From a virus (Duplodnaviria > Caudoviricetes), in the IMG/VR virus record IMGVR_UViG_3300011701_000001, positions 33,815-97,814 of that record: DNA of 64,000 nucleotides. One strand, written 5' to 3'. A program made the translations under genes and the position numbers. The notes under the pieces are model-generated. The model saw only the letters and a program-made list of their open reading frames with translations, was not told where the DNA came from and made no database searches. Within the stretch, counting starts at the first letter, position 1; each line of letters starts with the position of its first letter. Shown here one piece after another: positions 1 through 10,370 of the stretch.

Positions 1-278
1 TGTTTATCGTATTCATAGATACGGGATAACACATCGTTAGAAGATGAAGTTTGTGCTAGGTGTAAAGTAACCATAGCTGTTTCATCAATGTTATGAACAT
101 ATGATACAAAACCATCTGTACCTACTGAGTGTGTCCAAGCAGCTTCACCACGCTCAATGTCAATTGCTGTGTCATCAGCATATCCTTCGACAACGTGAGT
201 AACACCTGTTGCTGTATGGCTGATAACAGCTAATACCTGAGAAGGTACTAAGCTACCAGCCTGACGACCATTTGCCAT
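1..278 (-). CDS. tail tube protein (DUF3277-like), runs off window start
   Basis: Manual translation MANGRQAGSLVPSQVLAVISHTATGVTHVVEGYADDTAIDIERG...; SD AGGAG; directly downstream of sheath gene. Confidence 0.75.
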   Translation of the reverse strand, partial: MANGRQAGSLVPSQVLAVISHTATGVTHVVEGYADDTAIDIERGEAAWTHSVGTDGFVSYVHNIDETAMVTLHLAQTSSSNDVLSRIYEYDK

Positions 279-292
279 TTATAATTCTCCTA

Positions 293-1339
293 TTAAGCGT
301 AAACTGTACCGCGAATACCATCAACTTTCTGAATAGCACCAGCAAGACGAGCTTCAAAAGTGATACCTGAAAGGATACGAGTATTACGAGTAGATGATGG
401 GATGTTGTTAGCGTTAGGAACAACTACACGGATAGGGTCATCAGCAGTTAGGATGTTCATTGCTACAGCTTCATCTAGTACTTCACGAAGTTTAATTTCA
501 ACCATCGAAATACCAGCGTTAGTGTAGTTGATTTTGTTCTGAGCTTTGATTAACCCCCAGATACGTTCACCCGTACGAACTTCAATCCATGTTGCTCCAA
601 GCATTACATCGATGTATTCGCCACCAACCACTTTGTTCTCACCAAAAACAACACTTTCATCTTCTACAGTTGTGTAGTAGTTAGCATTCTTAGATTGCAG
701 GTAAGCTTCTTCTGTTGCTGTATACCCGTCAGCAATAACACCATCAAGCTCTTTGTAAATCCAGACAGCACTACCAATAGGTTCAGCAGAGAATCGACCA
801 ACCCAAGCTGCTTCAATCATTGCATTACTCACACCATCTTTAGTGTAAATACCGAATGATCGATCATAACTTTTAGCTTTTAACTTGCTAAAAATGTCTG
901 TTGTTGCAGCGGTATAAGTTGCAGCATTACTATCACTAAATACATAGAACATACGAGATTGAGTTTCTACATAATCAGCAATTGCTTCCTTTTCTGCATC
1001 CGTAGCAGTATCAGTGATGACATATAAAAACTTATTATACGCTCCTTGTTGACGTACAAGAGCTTCTACGTAAGTTTCACCGTCTTTAACAACACCAACA
1101 ACAACTTTACTAGGTCGAGGGTCTTGAGCAAAAACTCTTTGTGCTGCAATATATGCTACATCTGTTGTTAGAAATCCATCTTCCAACATAGCGGTAGTTG
1201 ATTCATAGATTCTGTAATCTTCATCTGCTGTGAATCGAGTGTGTTTTGTTAAAAATAAGATTGTTTCTAAGTCACGAACAGTAACATTGTTACTTTGACG
1301 AACAATCTCAACCTTAACAACATTATCAATCGTTGCCAT
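293..1339 (-). CDS. tail sheath protein (DUF3383-like)
   Basis: 348 aa; motifs F.Q.PRP, GEYIDV, KI.YT.AG, RLAGAI typical of this sheath family; position before tube. Confidence 0.85.
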   Translation of the reverse strand: MATIDNVVKVEIVRQSNNVTVRDLETILFLTKHTRFTADEDYRIYESTTAMLEDGFLTTDVAYIAAQRVFAQDPRPSKVVVGVVKDGETYVEALVRQQGAYNKFLYVITDTATDAEKEAIADYVETQSRMFYVFSDSNAATYTAATTDIFSKLKAKSYDRSFGIYTKDGVSNAMIEAAWVGRFSAEPIGSAVWIYKELDGVIADGYTATEEAYLQSKNANYYTTVEDESVVFGENKVVGGEYIDVMLGATWIEVRTGERIWGLIKAQNKINYTNAGISMVEIKLREVLDEAVAMNILTADDPIRVVVPNANNIPSSTRNTRILSGITFEARLAGAIQKVDGIRGTVYA

Positions 1340-1388
1340 TTTGTTTCCTTTGTTTGTGGTGCGGTTTGTTAATTAACATTTATTATTG

Positions 1389-2414
1389 TTAGGGGTACAG
1401 AGTCCCATTTACTGTAACAACACCAACAATGGCGTGTTCTCTTTCATAGGAAAAGTCGAATGATACTTTCCTTTGTTGTCTATTTAATTGTGGGTTGTAA
1501 ACCTTGTATGAGATAATTCCATTTTGTCTAAGGTTGAACTCTAAAACTTCCTTAATCTTCATCTCAATTTGATCATCACCATTTCGTGTTGCAGAAATCT
1601 TAGGGGAGTCTTTCAGCAGCTTCCAAACATTTCTTCTTATAGCCCACTTAATCCAATCATCATTGACTTTGTGATCAATCCATTCTCCATCACAAGTCTT
1701 TCCACTACCCCATGTGTAGAAGTCAATCCCATCAATACTGTTCATAAAAGATGCTGAAGAAGGAATTGTTGGTGTGTCTATAGGATCAACACCATTTAAT
1801 GATTTACCTAACCATTGCATCTGAGATGGGAACACGTTAGCACAATAGCTAATCCAAGCTGCTTCGGGGTACTTTAAGGATGTTGCTGTAACTTCTAAGT
1901 AACTGTCCCAGAGGACAACATCCCAACTACTCCACAACCAAGATTGAGCATCCCACCACCATACTAGGTTTGAAATACCCTTAACTTGTGCTGTAACATC
2001 TTCATATTTTGTGAAGAAGATTAACTTATCATCGCGCTCTGTCAGCAAGAATGATGATAATGATAGGATGTCTGAAATCTCTTTGCTTTCTAGTGTAATG
2101 TAGTAATAAAGAGTGTTGTGAGAAGCTTTGTAAGCCTCTACATACGTTTCTATACTACGCTTAGCTACTAACACTACAGAATCAACTCTTTGTTTCTGAG
2201 AGAAAGCCATAGCGCAATACGCGTATGCGTTAGAATCCTTACTGTAACCTTTATCTATAACTTCTTTTAATGAGGTAACTTCTACTGTTCTTTCTACTTC
2301 ATCGTTTTCAGATATAAAAGCAGGAGTATAAAAAGCATAACGATTAACTTCTTTTTTATTGATGCTTACATTAACAACAACAGGGATTGTGTTTCTTAAA
2401 TTTTGCATTAACAC
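1389..2414 (-). CDS. second tail-sheath-like protein (paralog)
   Basis: 341 aa; GEWIDH, KISAT..G, HAI..V.V.GT.Y align with the 293..1339 product. Confidence 0.7.
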   Translation of the reverse strand: MLMQNLRNTIPVVVNVSINKKEVNRYAFYTPAFISENDEVERTVEVTSLKEVIDKGYSKDSNAYAYCAMAFSQKQRVDSVVLVAKRSIETYVEAYKASHNTLYYYITLESKEISDILSLSSFLLTERDDKLIFFTKYEDVTAQVKGISNLVWWWDAQSWLWSSWDVVLWDSYLEVTATSLKYPEAAWISYCANVFPSQMQWLGKSLNGVDPIDTPTIPSSASFMNSIDGIDFYTWGSGKTCDGEWIDHKVNDDWIKWAIRRNVWKLLKDSPKISATRNGDDQIEMKIKEVLEFNLRQNGIISYKVYNPQLNRQQRKVSFDFSYEREHAIVGVVTVNGTLYP

Positions 2415-2427
2415 CTTCCTGTTACTA

Positions 2428-3492
2428 TTAGATTAATTTTGACACAGTAACTTCAATATTGGAGATGGACATTGCTCTACTATAAGTTTTAACTCTAATT
2501 GTTAACCCATTAGTTGATAAAGGTGTGTCACCATATATTACTGTACTGAAATTCATATCCTGAATTAAGCTGTCACCTCTTACTAAACGATCTTCACTGT
2601 AAGGATTTTCTGTTGTGTCCTTACTCATTGAAATGTTAATGTAATCCGCCTGTGATCCAGCTTGAACTTTAAATCTAACTCGCACAGAATAAAAACCTTG
2701 TGGGTCTTGTAATAAGTATTTCTGTGTTGTTGGGTTATAGAATGTAGTAACCGATGTAGGTAAGTTTGTTTCAAGTTTAACACCAGCACTATTAGGTAAA
2801 ACAACCTGAGTGTTAGTGGCAATAACTAAAGGGGAGGCATCTGTATAAACACCATCTTTATAACTTGCCCAACCATATTGCTTAGGTGGTGTATCAGATG
2901 TTACTGTTGTTGTGTCTGTATAAGTAACTGTTACTGACATATCAGGGTTGAAAGTGATAGAAGAAACTGTTCTACCGTCTTCACCATCCTCACCCTTATC
3001 ACCTTTTTGACCCTGAATACCTTGCAGTCCTTGAATACCACGAATATCAGTAGCTAATGCAATATCAGAAACTAATCCAGATGAGCCTAAATATAAACCA
3101 CTTGCAGGAGGTGTTCCAGTACCACCAGTCCAAGAATCAACCCTAACAACTCTACGGTTATTATCTGCTACAACAGATAAGACAGGAGACCAACCATTGA
3201 AACCTTGATCACCTTTGTCGCCTTTAGCTCCTGTAGCACCCTTAGCTCCAGTATCCCCCTTTTCACCTTTCTCCCCTCTATCACCCTTAGCGCCAGTAGC
3301 ACCTGTTGCACCTACAGCACCAGCATCACCTTTTTCACCTTTAAATATAGGTTGTAAGGCTGTTGTGAAATCTAAGCGAGAAATCTTTTTAGCATCTGTT
3401 CCATTATCAATAGCAAATAAGAAGTCGTTTGCTGTAAACTCTTCTGCTGTCATTGTTGGTAAATCACCAACTCTAATTTCACCCGTTGCCAT
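2428..3492 (-). CDS. collagen-like (Gly-X-Y) fibre/whisker protein
   Basis: Long GEKGDAGAVGATGATGAKGD and GIQGLQGIQGQKGD repeats; located in neck/tail region. Confidence 0.75.
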   Translation of the reverse strand: MATGEIRVGDLPTMTAEEFTANDFLFAIDNGTDAKKISRLDFTTALQPIFKGEKGDAGAVGATGATGAKGDRGEKGEKGDTGAKGATGAKGDKGDQGFNGWSPVLSVVADNNRRVVRVDSWTGGTGTPPASGLYLGSSGLVSDIALATDIRGIQGLQGIQGQKGDKGEDGEDGRTVSSITFNPDMSVTVTYTDTTTVTSDTPPKQYGWASYKDGVYTDASPLVIATNTQVVLPNSAGVKLETNLPTSVTTFYNPTTQKYLLQDPQGFYSVRVRFKVQAGSQADYINISMSKDTTENPYSEDRLVRGDSLIQDMNFSTVIYGDTPLSTNGLTIRVKTYSRAMSISNIEVTVSKLI

Positions 3493-4099
3493 CTACATCA
3501 ATCTCCACTTTTACTAAACTTGAAATAATTTGTTCGCCAGAATCAGAAAGAAGAATCTTGTCGGTGTCAGTAAATGTCTCCACAAAATTTAAATCCCCCT
3601 CAACTTGAACACGATTAATATGTCCAATAGGGAAATCTTCCATTCTTGTTGTTAAAATTGTTAAAGAGATTGTGTCATTGATGAATGCAGTATTACCATT
3701 AATGTTTAAATTAATACGAGGAATTGCTTGGTAATCCATAAAACCCATACCGTATTTATCTAACACTTCTTGACCAAAATCACTATCTAAAGCAATCGCT
3801 AAGTAATCACACCATTCTTCACTCTTACTCTTAGCTTCACCCTCAAATGTGATTGTGTAAGTAACAAGGTAATCAACTAAAACTGTTTGCCATCCATTCC
3901 CATTAACATCTAATCTTGTTGTATTTGTTCTCTGAACAGATTGTTTGTTTCTATTTAAAATGCTGACAACACAGTAAGGATTCTTTGGAGGGCTGCCAGC
4001 TCTACCAGCTAAAATGAATGTACAATCAGGAATAATCTCTTGTAACGCTCTTATAATATTCTTTTCATTGTCAGCGACAATTGGTGTCGTGATTGACAT
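3479..4099 (-). CDS. putative tail terminator/neck protein
   Basis: 206 aa; P..PY motif; synteny. Confidence 0.55.
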   Translation of the reverse strand: MSITTPIVADNEKNIIRALQEIIPDCTFILAGRAGSPPKNPYCVVSILNRNKQSVQRTNTTRLDVNGNGWQTVLVDYLVTYTITFEGEAKSKSEEWCDYLAIALDSDFGQEVLDKYGMGFMDYQAIPRINLNINGNTAFINDTISLTILTTRMEDFPIGHINRVQVEGDLNFVETFTDTDKILLSDSGEQIISSLVKVEIDVDGNG

Positions 4100-4116
4100 T
4101 CTAACTAATCCTTCTG

Positions 4117-4584
4117 TTAAGGTGGAGTTGGATCATTCGGTACAGGTGTTTCTGGGTTAATATTTATTGTATTAGTCCTACCGAAAACATCACCCATTAA
4201 TCTTTCTCTTTCACTATCTAAAACTTTAACAGCTACGGCTTCAACATGATAACCTAGGTTTTGGTAAGGCATTGTATAAGCAACTTTCCAATAACAATCG
4301 TTATATAATATTAAATCAGCTTCCAATGGATGTTCACTACCGCTACGAGAAGTAAAGATGTATTGATTACTAGAAATAAAGATTGCTTCTTTCTCAGTAA
4401 ATCCACGTTCCTTTAACTTAGTATAATGTCCTTGAAAAGCTGGTTGAATATTTGCTTTAATATAGACAGTTTTTTTTTGTGGAGGAATCCATTCGCCATC
4501 TTCATAAACACCGCTACCAACTGATTCATCATCCCGAATAACAGGGTAAGTTTTCTTTCCTAGTTTTGCTCTTAGAATTTTCAT
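4117..4584 (-). CDS. putative head-closure/head-tail adaptor
   Basis: G.Y.DG.W and I.ANIQP motifs; synteny. Confidence 0.55.
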   Translation of the reverse strand: MKILRAKLGKKTYPVIRDDESVGSGVYEDGEWIPPQKKTVYIKANIQPAFQGHYTKLKERGFTEKEAIFISSNQYIFTSRSGSEHPLEADLILYNDCYWKVAYTMPYQNLGYHVEAVAVKVLDSERERLMGDVFGRTNTININPETPVPNDPTPP

Positions 4585-4586
4585 AC

Positions 4587-5147
4587 CTAACCACCCTTAT
4601 TCTTTGCAATAGATTTAGCTTGTTCTTCTTGTTTGGTTAAAGATGACTTATAAACCTCATAATCAAAAGATTGAAGCATATGTCCTGTATCATCCCACTG
4701 GAAAGCATGTCCTTTAAGATCAATTGTTAATTCAGAAAGTTTCTTCATGTTCTGTTTCATAACACTATTATGGAAATCTTGTTTAGCGTTATAACCAATC
4801 TGATTTAACTCATCTGTGAAGTCTTGACCCTGTAGAGCTTTATAGAACAACATTTGAATACGCTTGTGAGCTGTCTTTTTTGTTTCTTCTATAGCTTGCC
4901 TAAAGTAAGGTCGTGCTGGAATCTTCTGATCACCACTTGTACCAAACTCTTGCATATAAGCTAATTGAGCAACATAGAAGCCACTTTCATGTTTCTGCTT
5001 CTTCAACCAACCCCACTTAACGTGCCTATTCTTTAATATGTTAAGGTTTTTCTTTAACTCTTTAAGGTCTGTAAAGTCATACTCAAGGGAGAATTGTATT
5101 CCATCACCTTTTGTGTATGTCTTATTATCTTTCCACTTTACAGCCAT
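4587..5147 (-). CDS. neck/tail completion protein (HK97 gp10-like)
   Basis: EFGT...IPARPYF and DTG.ML.S motifs. Confidence 0.7.
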   Translation of the reverse strand: MAVKWKDNKTYTKGDGIQFSLEYDFTDLKELKKNLNILKNRHVKWGWLKKQKHESGFYVAQLAYMQEFGTSGDQKIPARPYFRQAIEETKKTAHKRIQMLFYKALQGQDFTDELNQIGYNAKQDFHNSVMKQNMKKLSELTIDLKGHAFQWDDTGHMLQSFDYEVYKSSLTKQEEQAKSIAKNKGG

Positions 5148-5156
5148 AAGAAGTCT

Positions 5157-5678
5157 CTAAGGAGTTGTTGAGTACGGATACAATGTTCTACGTTCTTCTG
5201 GTTCAACAACAGTGTCCCAAAACTCTAAACGCTTTCTATCCCAATATGGTGTACGAGCTTGTTGTCCACGATAGAAAGGGCTATCAATAAACTCAGGATT
5301 ACGTGCGTAGAATGCTGTGGCTTCTCGAAGAACACCACCAACGTAAATCGTTGGACTACCACCACCTTGATACTTACCTTTCTGAAGCATCTGCAAGAAC
5401 TTAACCCAAGAATCTACAAGCTCTTTACCGTAGATTTCTTCTTGACCAACACGTTGTCTTGCACCTTGTCCAGCTAGTTGAGCTAGGATAGACATTCCAG
5501 CAGACATTAATGCTGATCTGAAATAGTATGTTCCATCAGGTTTTGTATATTTGGTAATAAAGTATTGGTAGGCTTCATCACTAAGGAATTGATCTTCACC
5601 TTGTTCAATATCACCAAGATCACCTAAGTAAAGTCTAAGTTCCCAAATCTTGTCTGGGTCAGTAACAACGATGTCCAT
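5157..5678 (-). CDS. putative head-tail connector
   Basis: LRLYLGD...FLSDE motif; first gene after capsid. Confidence 0.55.
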   Translation of the reverse strand: MDIVVTDPDKIWELRLYLGDLGDIEQGEDQFLSDEAYQYFITKYTKPDGTYYFRSALMSAGMSILAQLAGQGARQRVGQEEIYGKELVDSWVKFLQMLQKGKYQGGGSPTIYVGGVLREATAFYARNPEFIDSPFYRGQQARTPYWDRKRLEFWDTVVEPEERRTLYPYSTTP

Positions 5679-5749
5679 AATATTCCTTAATATTCTTGTG
5701 TTATTTTAAAAGAATCTTTGTGTTTAAATAAAATCCCTTTAGAATAACA

Positions 5750-5765
5750 GGGGAGAAAACTCCCC
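5750..5765 (-). terminator. intrinsic terminator after major capsid gene
   Basis: GGGGAG-TTTT-CTCCCC hairpin followed by TGTTATT on minus strand. Confidence 0.6.
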
Positions 5766-5792
5766 ATATTATCCCAGACTACACTACTTCAA

Positions 5793-6893
5793 TTAAGGAG
5801 TAGGTAGAGTGAATGTGATGTCTAAAGACAACTCTGGTTGAGACATGAAGTAGATTGCATGCTTCTCAAGATAGAACTCGAAGTGAGTGCGATCTTTAAC
5901 AGGAGTTTGCCAAGCGTAAAGCTTTTGACCTTGAGTACCAATGTAGTCTAGGTATGGAGCTGGAACATACTTAGCTTGATACAAACCGTCAACACCACGT
6001 AGAACAGTGAAACCTTTGTTATCAGCAATTGGAGTGATTGCAGTACGATCCCAACGAGTAAACTTCTGTGGGTATGTAGAGAAGGTTACACCATGAATAG
6101 TGACAGAACGAACAAAACCAAACACAGAACGGTTAAGTTCATTCACACGACCATTGATGAATGGGTTGTTGATATACTCAGAACCAGTACCAGTGTAAGC
6201 TGCTTCGTACATAGCTACGATTTGTGGGTGAGCTACTAGAGCAGAGAATGCTGCTTCACCAATCATAACTTCAACACCAGTAAAGCCAGAGCCGTAAGTT
6301 TGAGCAGTCATCAACTGGTTAACAAGAGCTGTAATCTGACCTAGAACATCTGCTGTAGCAGTAAGATCGAAAGTCAGAGTTGTACGAGTCTTGTTCAGAT
6401 TAGCAAACATATCAATTTCAACAGAATCATCATACGGGTCAAGAGTACGACCTTGCAGAGCTGTTAAAAGAGAATACTCTTCCATTTGTTCCATTGATTG
6501 ACGGATAGGAGGAAGCTTCTCAGCCATCAAGTCTGCAACTGTATAGTTACGAGCTTCTGTTGTTAAACTAGCCCAATCACGAACACGGTTAGCGATGTCT
6601 TCGTACATGATAGCACCTTCTTGTTTATAGGTGATACCAGACAAGTGCGCACGTTTTTGTTTACCAGTGTTAACGCGATCAGCTTCACGACCTAGACGAG
6701 ATTTAGTACCAGTCATTACTGATACGTCTTCATCGTTGTAGCGGAAAGCATAAGTGTCAGTTACAATGCCTTCTTCAGTGAAAAGACCACTTTCAGCGAT
6801 ACGACCATAACGCTTAGGGATTGAGTTTAGGATCGCATCATCAATCGTTACGAGTGTAGATGGATCAAAGTCGATATTTTGAACTACTGCCAT
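5793..6893 (-). CDS. major capsid protein (phage capsid E-like)
   Basis: 366 aa; highly biased codons; SGLF.E and AL.G motifs; follows decoration and protease genes. Confidence 0.85.
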   Translation of the reverse strand: MAVVQNIDFDPSTLVTIDDAILNSIPKRYGRIAESGLFTEEGIVTDTYAFRYNDEDVSVMTGTKSRLGREADRVNTGKQKRAHLSGITYKQEGAIMYEDIANRVRDWASLTTEARNYTVADLMAEKLPPIRQSMEQMEEYSLLTALQGRTLDPYDDSVEIDMFANLNKTRTTLTFDLTATADVLGQITALVNQLMTAQTYGSGFTGVEVMIGEAAFSALVAHPQIVAMYEAAYTGTGSEYINNPFINGRVNELNRSVFGFVRSVTIHGVTFSTYPQKFTRWDRTAITPIADNKGFTVLRGVDGLYQAKYVPAPYLDYIGTQGQKLYAWQTPVKDRTHFEFYLEKHAIYFMSQPELSLDITFTLPTP

Positions 6894-6915
6894 TTGTTGT
6901 TATATCCTTAAGTTA

Positions 6916-7434
6916 TTATACGATTGCTAAAAGAGGTTTTACTTGACGTTGCATTTTGAAACCATTCTCTAGTTTCAGTTTAGTGCGAAGAGCTTTTTGC
7001 ACATCAGCAGTTTGATTGTGGAAGAATGATGCTGGAACAGTTGCTTCACCTAAATGTAAGTAACCTTCTGCAACTTGACCACTACCATAACCACGATCAA
7101 TTACCACAACATCCAGTTCAGCACCATCTTCAGCGAATGAAGCTTCTAGGTATGAACGATGACCAGCGCCATTAGTATTAAGATCACGACCTAAGAAGAT
7201 ACCTAGACGAGTGGTTGTAACAACAGCGTCAGTAGCGAATACATCAGCAGCTACAGCGAAACGTGCGGTCTTTTCAACATCGTCAATCACCAATAGACGA
7301 CCAACGTTTACAGTGTCACCAGAAGCTAGGGTTAGGGTAACAACTTCACGAGCATAACCAGCGTCAGTTGAAGGTTCAGCCCCAAATACATCTGTAGGGA
7401 TGATTAGAGCATCTTGTTCTTGAAATACAGCCAT
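6916..7434 (-). CDS. head decoration protein
   Basis: 172 aa between protease/scaffold and MCP; GY.RE.VT motif. Confidence 0.6.
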   Translation of the reverse strand: MAVFQEQDALIIPTDVFGAEPSTDAGYAREVVTLTLASGDTVNVGRLLVIDDVEKTARFAVAADVFATDAVVTTTRLGIFLGRDLNTNGAGHRSYLEASFAEDGAELDVVVIDRGYGSGQVAEGYLHLGEATVPASFFHNQTADVQKALRTKLKLENGFKMQRQVKPLLAIV

Positions 7435-7451
7435 TTATATTTATCCTTTAA

Positions 7452-8861
7452 TTATTGGTTTTTAGCTTTCATGCGTTCAGCAAGAATGTCATTGAATGAT
7501 GGAGTAGTAGCTTTCTTAGTATTTGAATTACCAAGCTCTTCCATCTCTTTATCTTCTTTTTCAACTTTAGCTTCTAGTGCTGAAACAATCGCATCAAATG
7601 CTGTAGCTTCAAGACCGGCTGTAGTAGTTAATAGTGTAGCAACTTGATCATTTTCAGAACCAAGAACAGATTCCAACTTGGCTTTGCGTTCTGCTTGTAG
7701 AGCATCAGCTTTAAGAGTTGCTAACTCTGTTTCTAATGCTTCTTTAGCACCTTGAAGTTCTGTCAATTGCTTTTCTAGTTCAGAATACTTACCTTCAAGT
7801 TCTTCTTTCTGAGTTGTTAGTTCAGCAACTAAACCTTCTTTCTCAATAACAAGTTGTTGAGCAGTAGTAAGTTGCTCTGTTAGCTGTGCAGTAACATCGT
7901 CATTGCCACCAGCGTTCTTTGTAACGTCTGTCATATTTTCCTCATATGAGATTGTGTTTTCTTTTGATTGATTTATCATGCCCTTCATGTAAAGATCGAA
8001 ATCCTCAATTTCCATGATCTTATCAATAAGACCAATTTCTAAAGCTTCATCTGCATCAAATACTTGAGCATTAGTTTCAACTACCGATTCAACCGTCATA
8101 TTACGATTTGTGGCAATGAATTTTGTGAACTGTGTATAACTTTTATCTACACTCTTTTGCAAACCAGAAATGAAATCCTCTGTGAAAGAACCATCCTTAG
8201 CAAAAGGAATTTTGTTTTTACCAGCATAAACAAATGACCGTTCAATACCGATATTGTCTAACATCTTAGAATCGTTATAGAGTTGAATAACAACACCAAC
8301 ACTACCGACACGACTTGCAGGGTTAGCAATGATTTCATGAGCGATAGAAGATAGTCCGTAACTTGCAGAAGCAGATAAACCATCAATGTAAGAAATGATT
8401 TTTACACCATTATCATCTGCCATTTTACGAATAGCTTTTGAAGTACCGAATAAACGGTAAGCTTCACCACCTCCGCTATCTTGCATGAATACTACAGTCT
8501 TAACGCCTTCTGCAACTTGAGCTTCAAATGTTGACTTAATCTTCTCGTAAGATGTTAATTCAACACATGCTTGTGTTTGTCCAGCTCGGTTAACAAGTGT
8601 TCCTTTAATATCAATAGTGCCGACCATTGTTTCAGGATTTACACCAAGTTGTTTTAACTTGTACTGACGATAAGCTTCTTCATCTCCGAAGTCGCTACGC
8701 ATCAATTGAACTTCTTCAACATCTGTTTCAAACTGTGCTAACTTCATTGTTCGTTCAGGGTCAGCAAAGTATTCAGCAATCGGTGCTAAACTTTCCTGAG
8801 TGATAAACAATGGCGTATTAAACACCTTCTTTGAAAGATGAGCTAATGAGCGTTTAGCCAT
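7452..8861 (-). CDS. S49-family prohead protease with C-terminal coiled-coil scaffold
   Basis: DSGGGE, SASASY, GSVGV motifs; heptad-rich C-terminus; internal MTDVTK after GAGG could start a separate scaffold. Confidence 0.85.
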   Translation of the reverse strand: MAKRSLAHLSKKVFNTPLFITQESLAPIAEYFADPERTMKLAQFETDVEEVQLMRSDFGDEEAYRQYKLKQLGVNPETMVGTIDIKGTLVNRAGQTQACVELTSYEKIKSTFEAQVAEGVKTVVFMQDSGGGEAYRLFGTSKAIRKMADDNGVKIISYIDGLSASASYGLSSIAHEIIANPASRVGSVGVVIQLYNDSKMLDNIGIERSFVYAGKNKIPFAKDGSFTEDFISGLQKSVDKSYTQFTKFIATNRNMTVESVVETNAQVFDADEALEIGLIDKIMEIEDFDLYMKGMINQSKENTISYEENMTDVTKNAGGNDDVTAQLTEQLTTAQQLVIEKEGLVAELTTQKEELEGKYSELEKQLTELQGAKEALETELATLKADALQAERKAKLESVLGSENDQVATLLTTTAGLEATAFDAIVSALEAKVEKEDKEMEELGNSNTKKATTPSFNDILAERMKAKNQ

Positions 8862-8870
8862 TATTTCCCC

Positions 8871-10361
8871 TTATTTCTTATTTAAATTGTTAGCATTGTT
8901 GTCTGTTTCAGAGACATTATCTGACGTACCGTTACCTGAGCCTTTAGCAAGTCCATCCCCACTTCTAGAATCATCGTCATCCTCTACGCCTAATAGCTCA
9001 TCAAGTTCTTCTTTTGTCATATCATCAGGAACACGATAAGTGAATCCCATGATCTCAAGAACACGATTGATAACGTTAGGAGTAACAGGGATAAGCTTAG
9101 TTGCTTTAAGTTGCTGCATTGCTTTAGCAAATACTGCCATATCAACTTCTTCAAGCTCACCGTAACGTAATGTAGGAAGTTTAGAATCATCCCAACCATT
9201 GCGTCTGAATAACTCTGGAATCAAGTCATTGTTAAGAACACGTAAAACTTCTTGAACTCTTGTTTCAACAAGCATGTTAAGCATACTTTTCTTGTTCTTA
9301 GAAACGTTGGTAACTTCATCACCAGAACGTAGAATGTCAGCAAACATTAATTGTAAGATTTCATTCTGTAAGCGTTTAACAATGTCTGAGATTGAAGTGA
9401 CATGAGAACTAGATGACTGTAATGTTGTAACATCCCAATCCAAAGAACCATGTGCATCATCAGAACGTGTAGATGGAAGAACAATAGCTGCTTGCTCATT
9501 TACCGCAAGCTTACTTAAACTTCCTTTAACAATGTCACCAGCTTTCTTCATGTCTTCATCAGCATCAGCAGCAAGGTACTCTTGTGGAATACGACCAACC
9601 AAGATACCATTCATGTTCTTGGATGCTGCAATGTTTTCCATATCCTTATGTCTTTGAAGTTCTCTCCATCCACCATAACAGGCATATAGAGGAGAAACAC
9701 TTTCAGGGAGATCACTGGATAAGTCAGCTTTGAAGTGTAGGTAACGATTACGAGGAATGAACGTATCATTCTCTGTTGGTTTAAACAGTAAAGGGTTTTT
9801 AATGTTGTTAGCAAAGTAGTTGTAATATGATGGTGGTTTAGGTCTATTAGCCTGATACAACCCCTCTACCTTACGGAAGTTTTCATCCCACTTAAAACCA
9901 CTAATACTGTGTTGGTTACGCATTGGGAGAGCTTTAATACCAATCTTACCATCATCGTACTTACTACCGTTCTTGTGTCTACGTCTACGAAAGACTTTCT
10001 CAAGAATGGAGAAACCATACTTATTTAATGTTAAAGCCTTTTGAACAATATTCTCTAAGCTCTCACCATCTTCCATATCTTGAAGACACTGCATGACAAA
10101 ATCAGCGCGTTTCTTATGAACATTAGATTGATCGTAAGATTCAACATAGATGTGTACACGACTAGCAATAACGTTAACAGCATTCAATGCTGAAGCAATC
10201 GTTACATCCATTGCCATTTTGTCGTATGTATCTAATGAATGTGGGAAGGTTAGGTCTTTAACACCCTCATCGAAATATGAACCGATGTTCTTTGAATAAA
10301 CACCTGTAGTTCCAATTTCAGATGGTACTTTACCCTTCTCTTTCTCTTGTTGTGTTGCCAT
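8871..10361 (-). CDS. portal protein (DUF935-like)
   Basis: 496 aa; EIG.TG, YGFS..EKV, N.DLIP.L...NGW; follows TerL. Confidence 0.85.
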   Translation of the reverse strand: MATQQEKEKGKVPSEIGTTGVYSKNIGSYFDEGVKDLTFPHSLDTYDKMAMDVTIASALNAVNVIASRVHIYVESYDQSNVHKKRADFVMQCLQDMEDGESLENIVQKALTLNKYGFSILEKVFRRRRHKNGSKYDDGKIGIKALPMRNQHSISGFKWDENFRKVEGLYQANRPKPPSYYNYFANNIKNPLLFKPTENDTFIPRNRYLHFKADLSSDLPESVSPLYACYGGWRELQRHKDMENIAASKNMNGILVGRIPQEYLAADADEDMKKAGDIVKGSLSKLAVNEQAAIVLPSTRSDDAHGSLDWDVTTLQSSSSHVTSISDIVKRLQNEILQLMFADILRSGDEVTNVSKNKKSMLNMLVETRVQEVLRVLNNDLIPELFRRNGWDDSKLPTLRYGELEEVDMAVFAKAMQQLKATKLIPVTPNVINRVLEIMGFTYRVPDDMTKEELDELLGVEDDDDSRSGDGLAKGSGNGTSDNVSETDNNANNLNKK

Positions 10362-10370
10362 CTGTTATCG

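Noticed and set aside
3215-3517. 100-aa Pro-rich plus-strand ORF
   Set aside because: Antisense shadow of the Gly-X-Y collagen repeat
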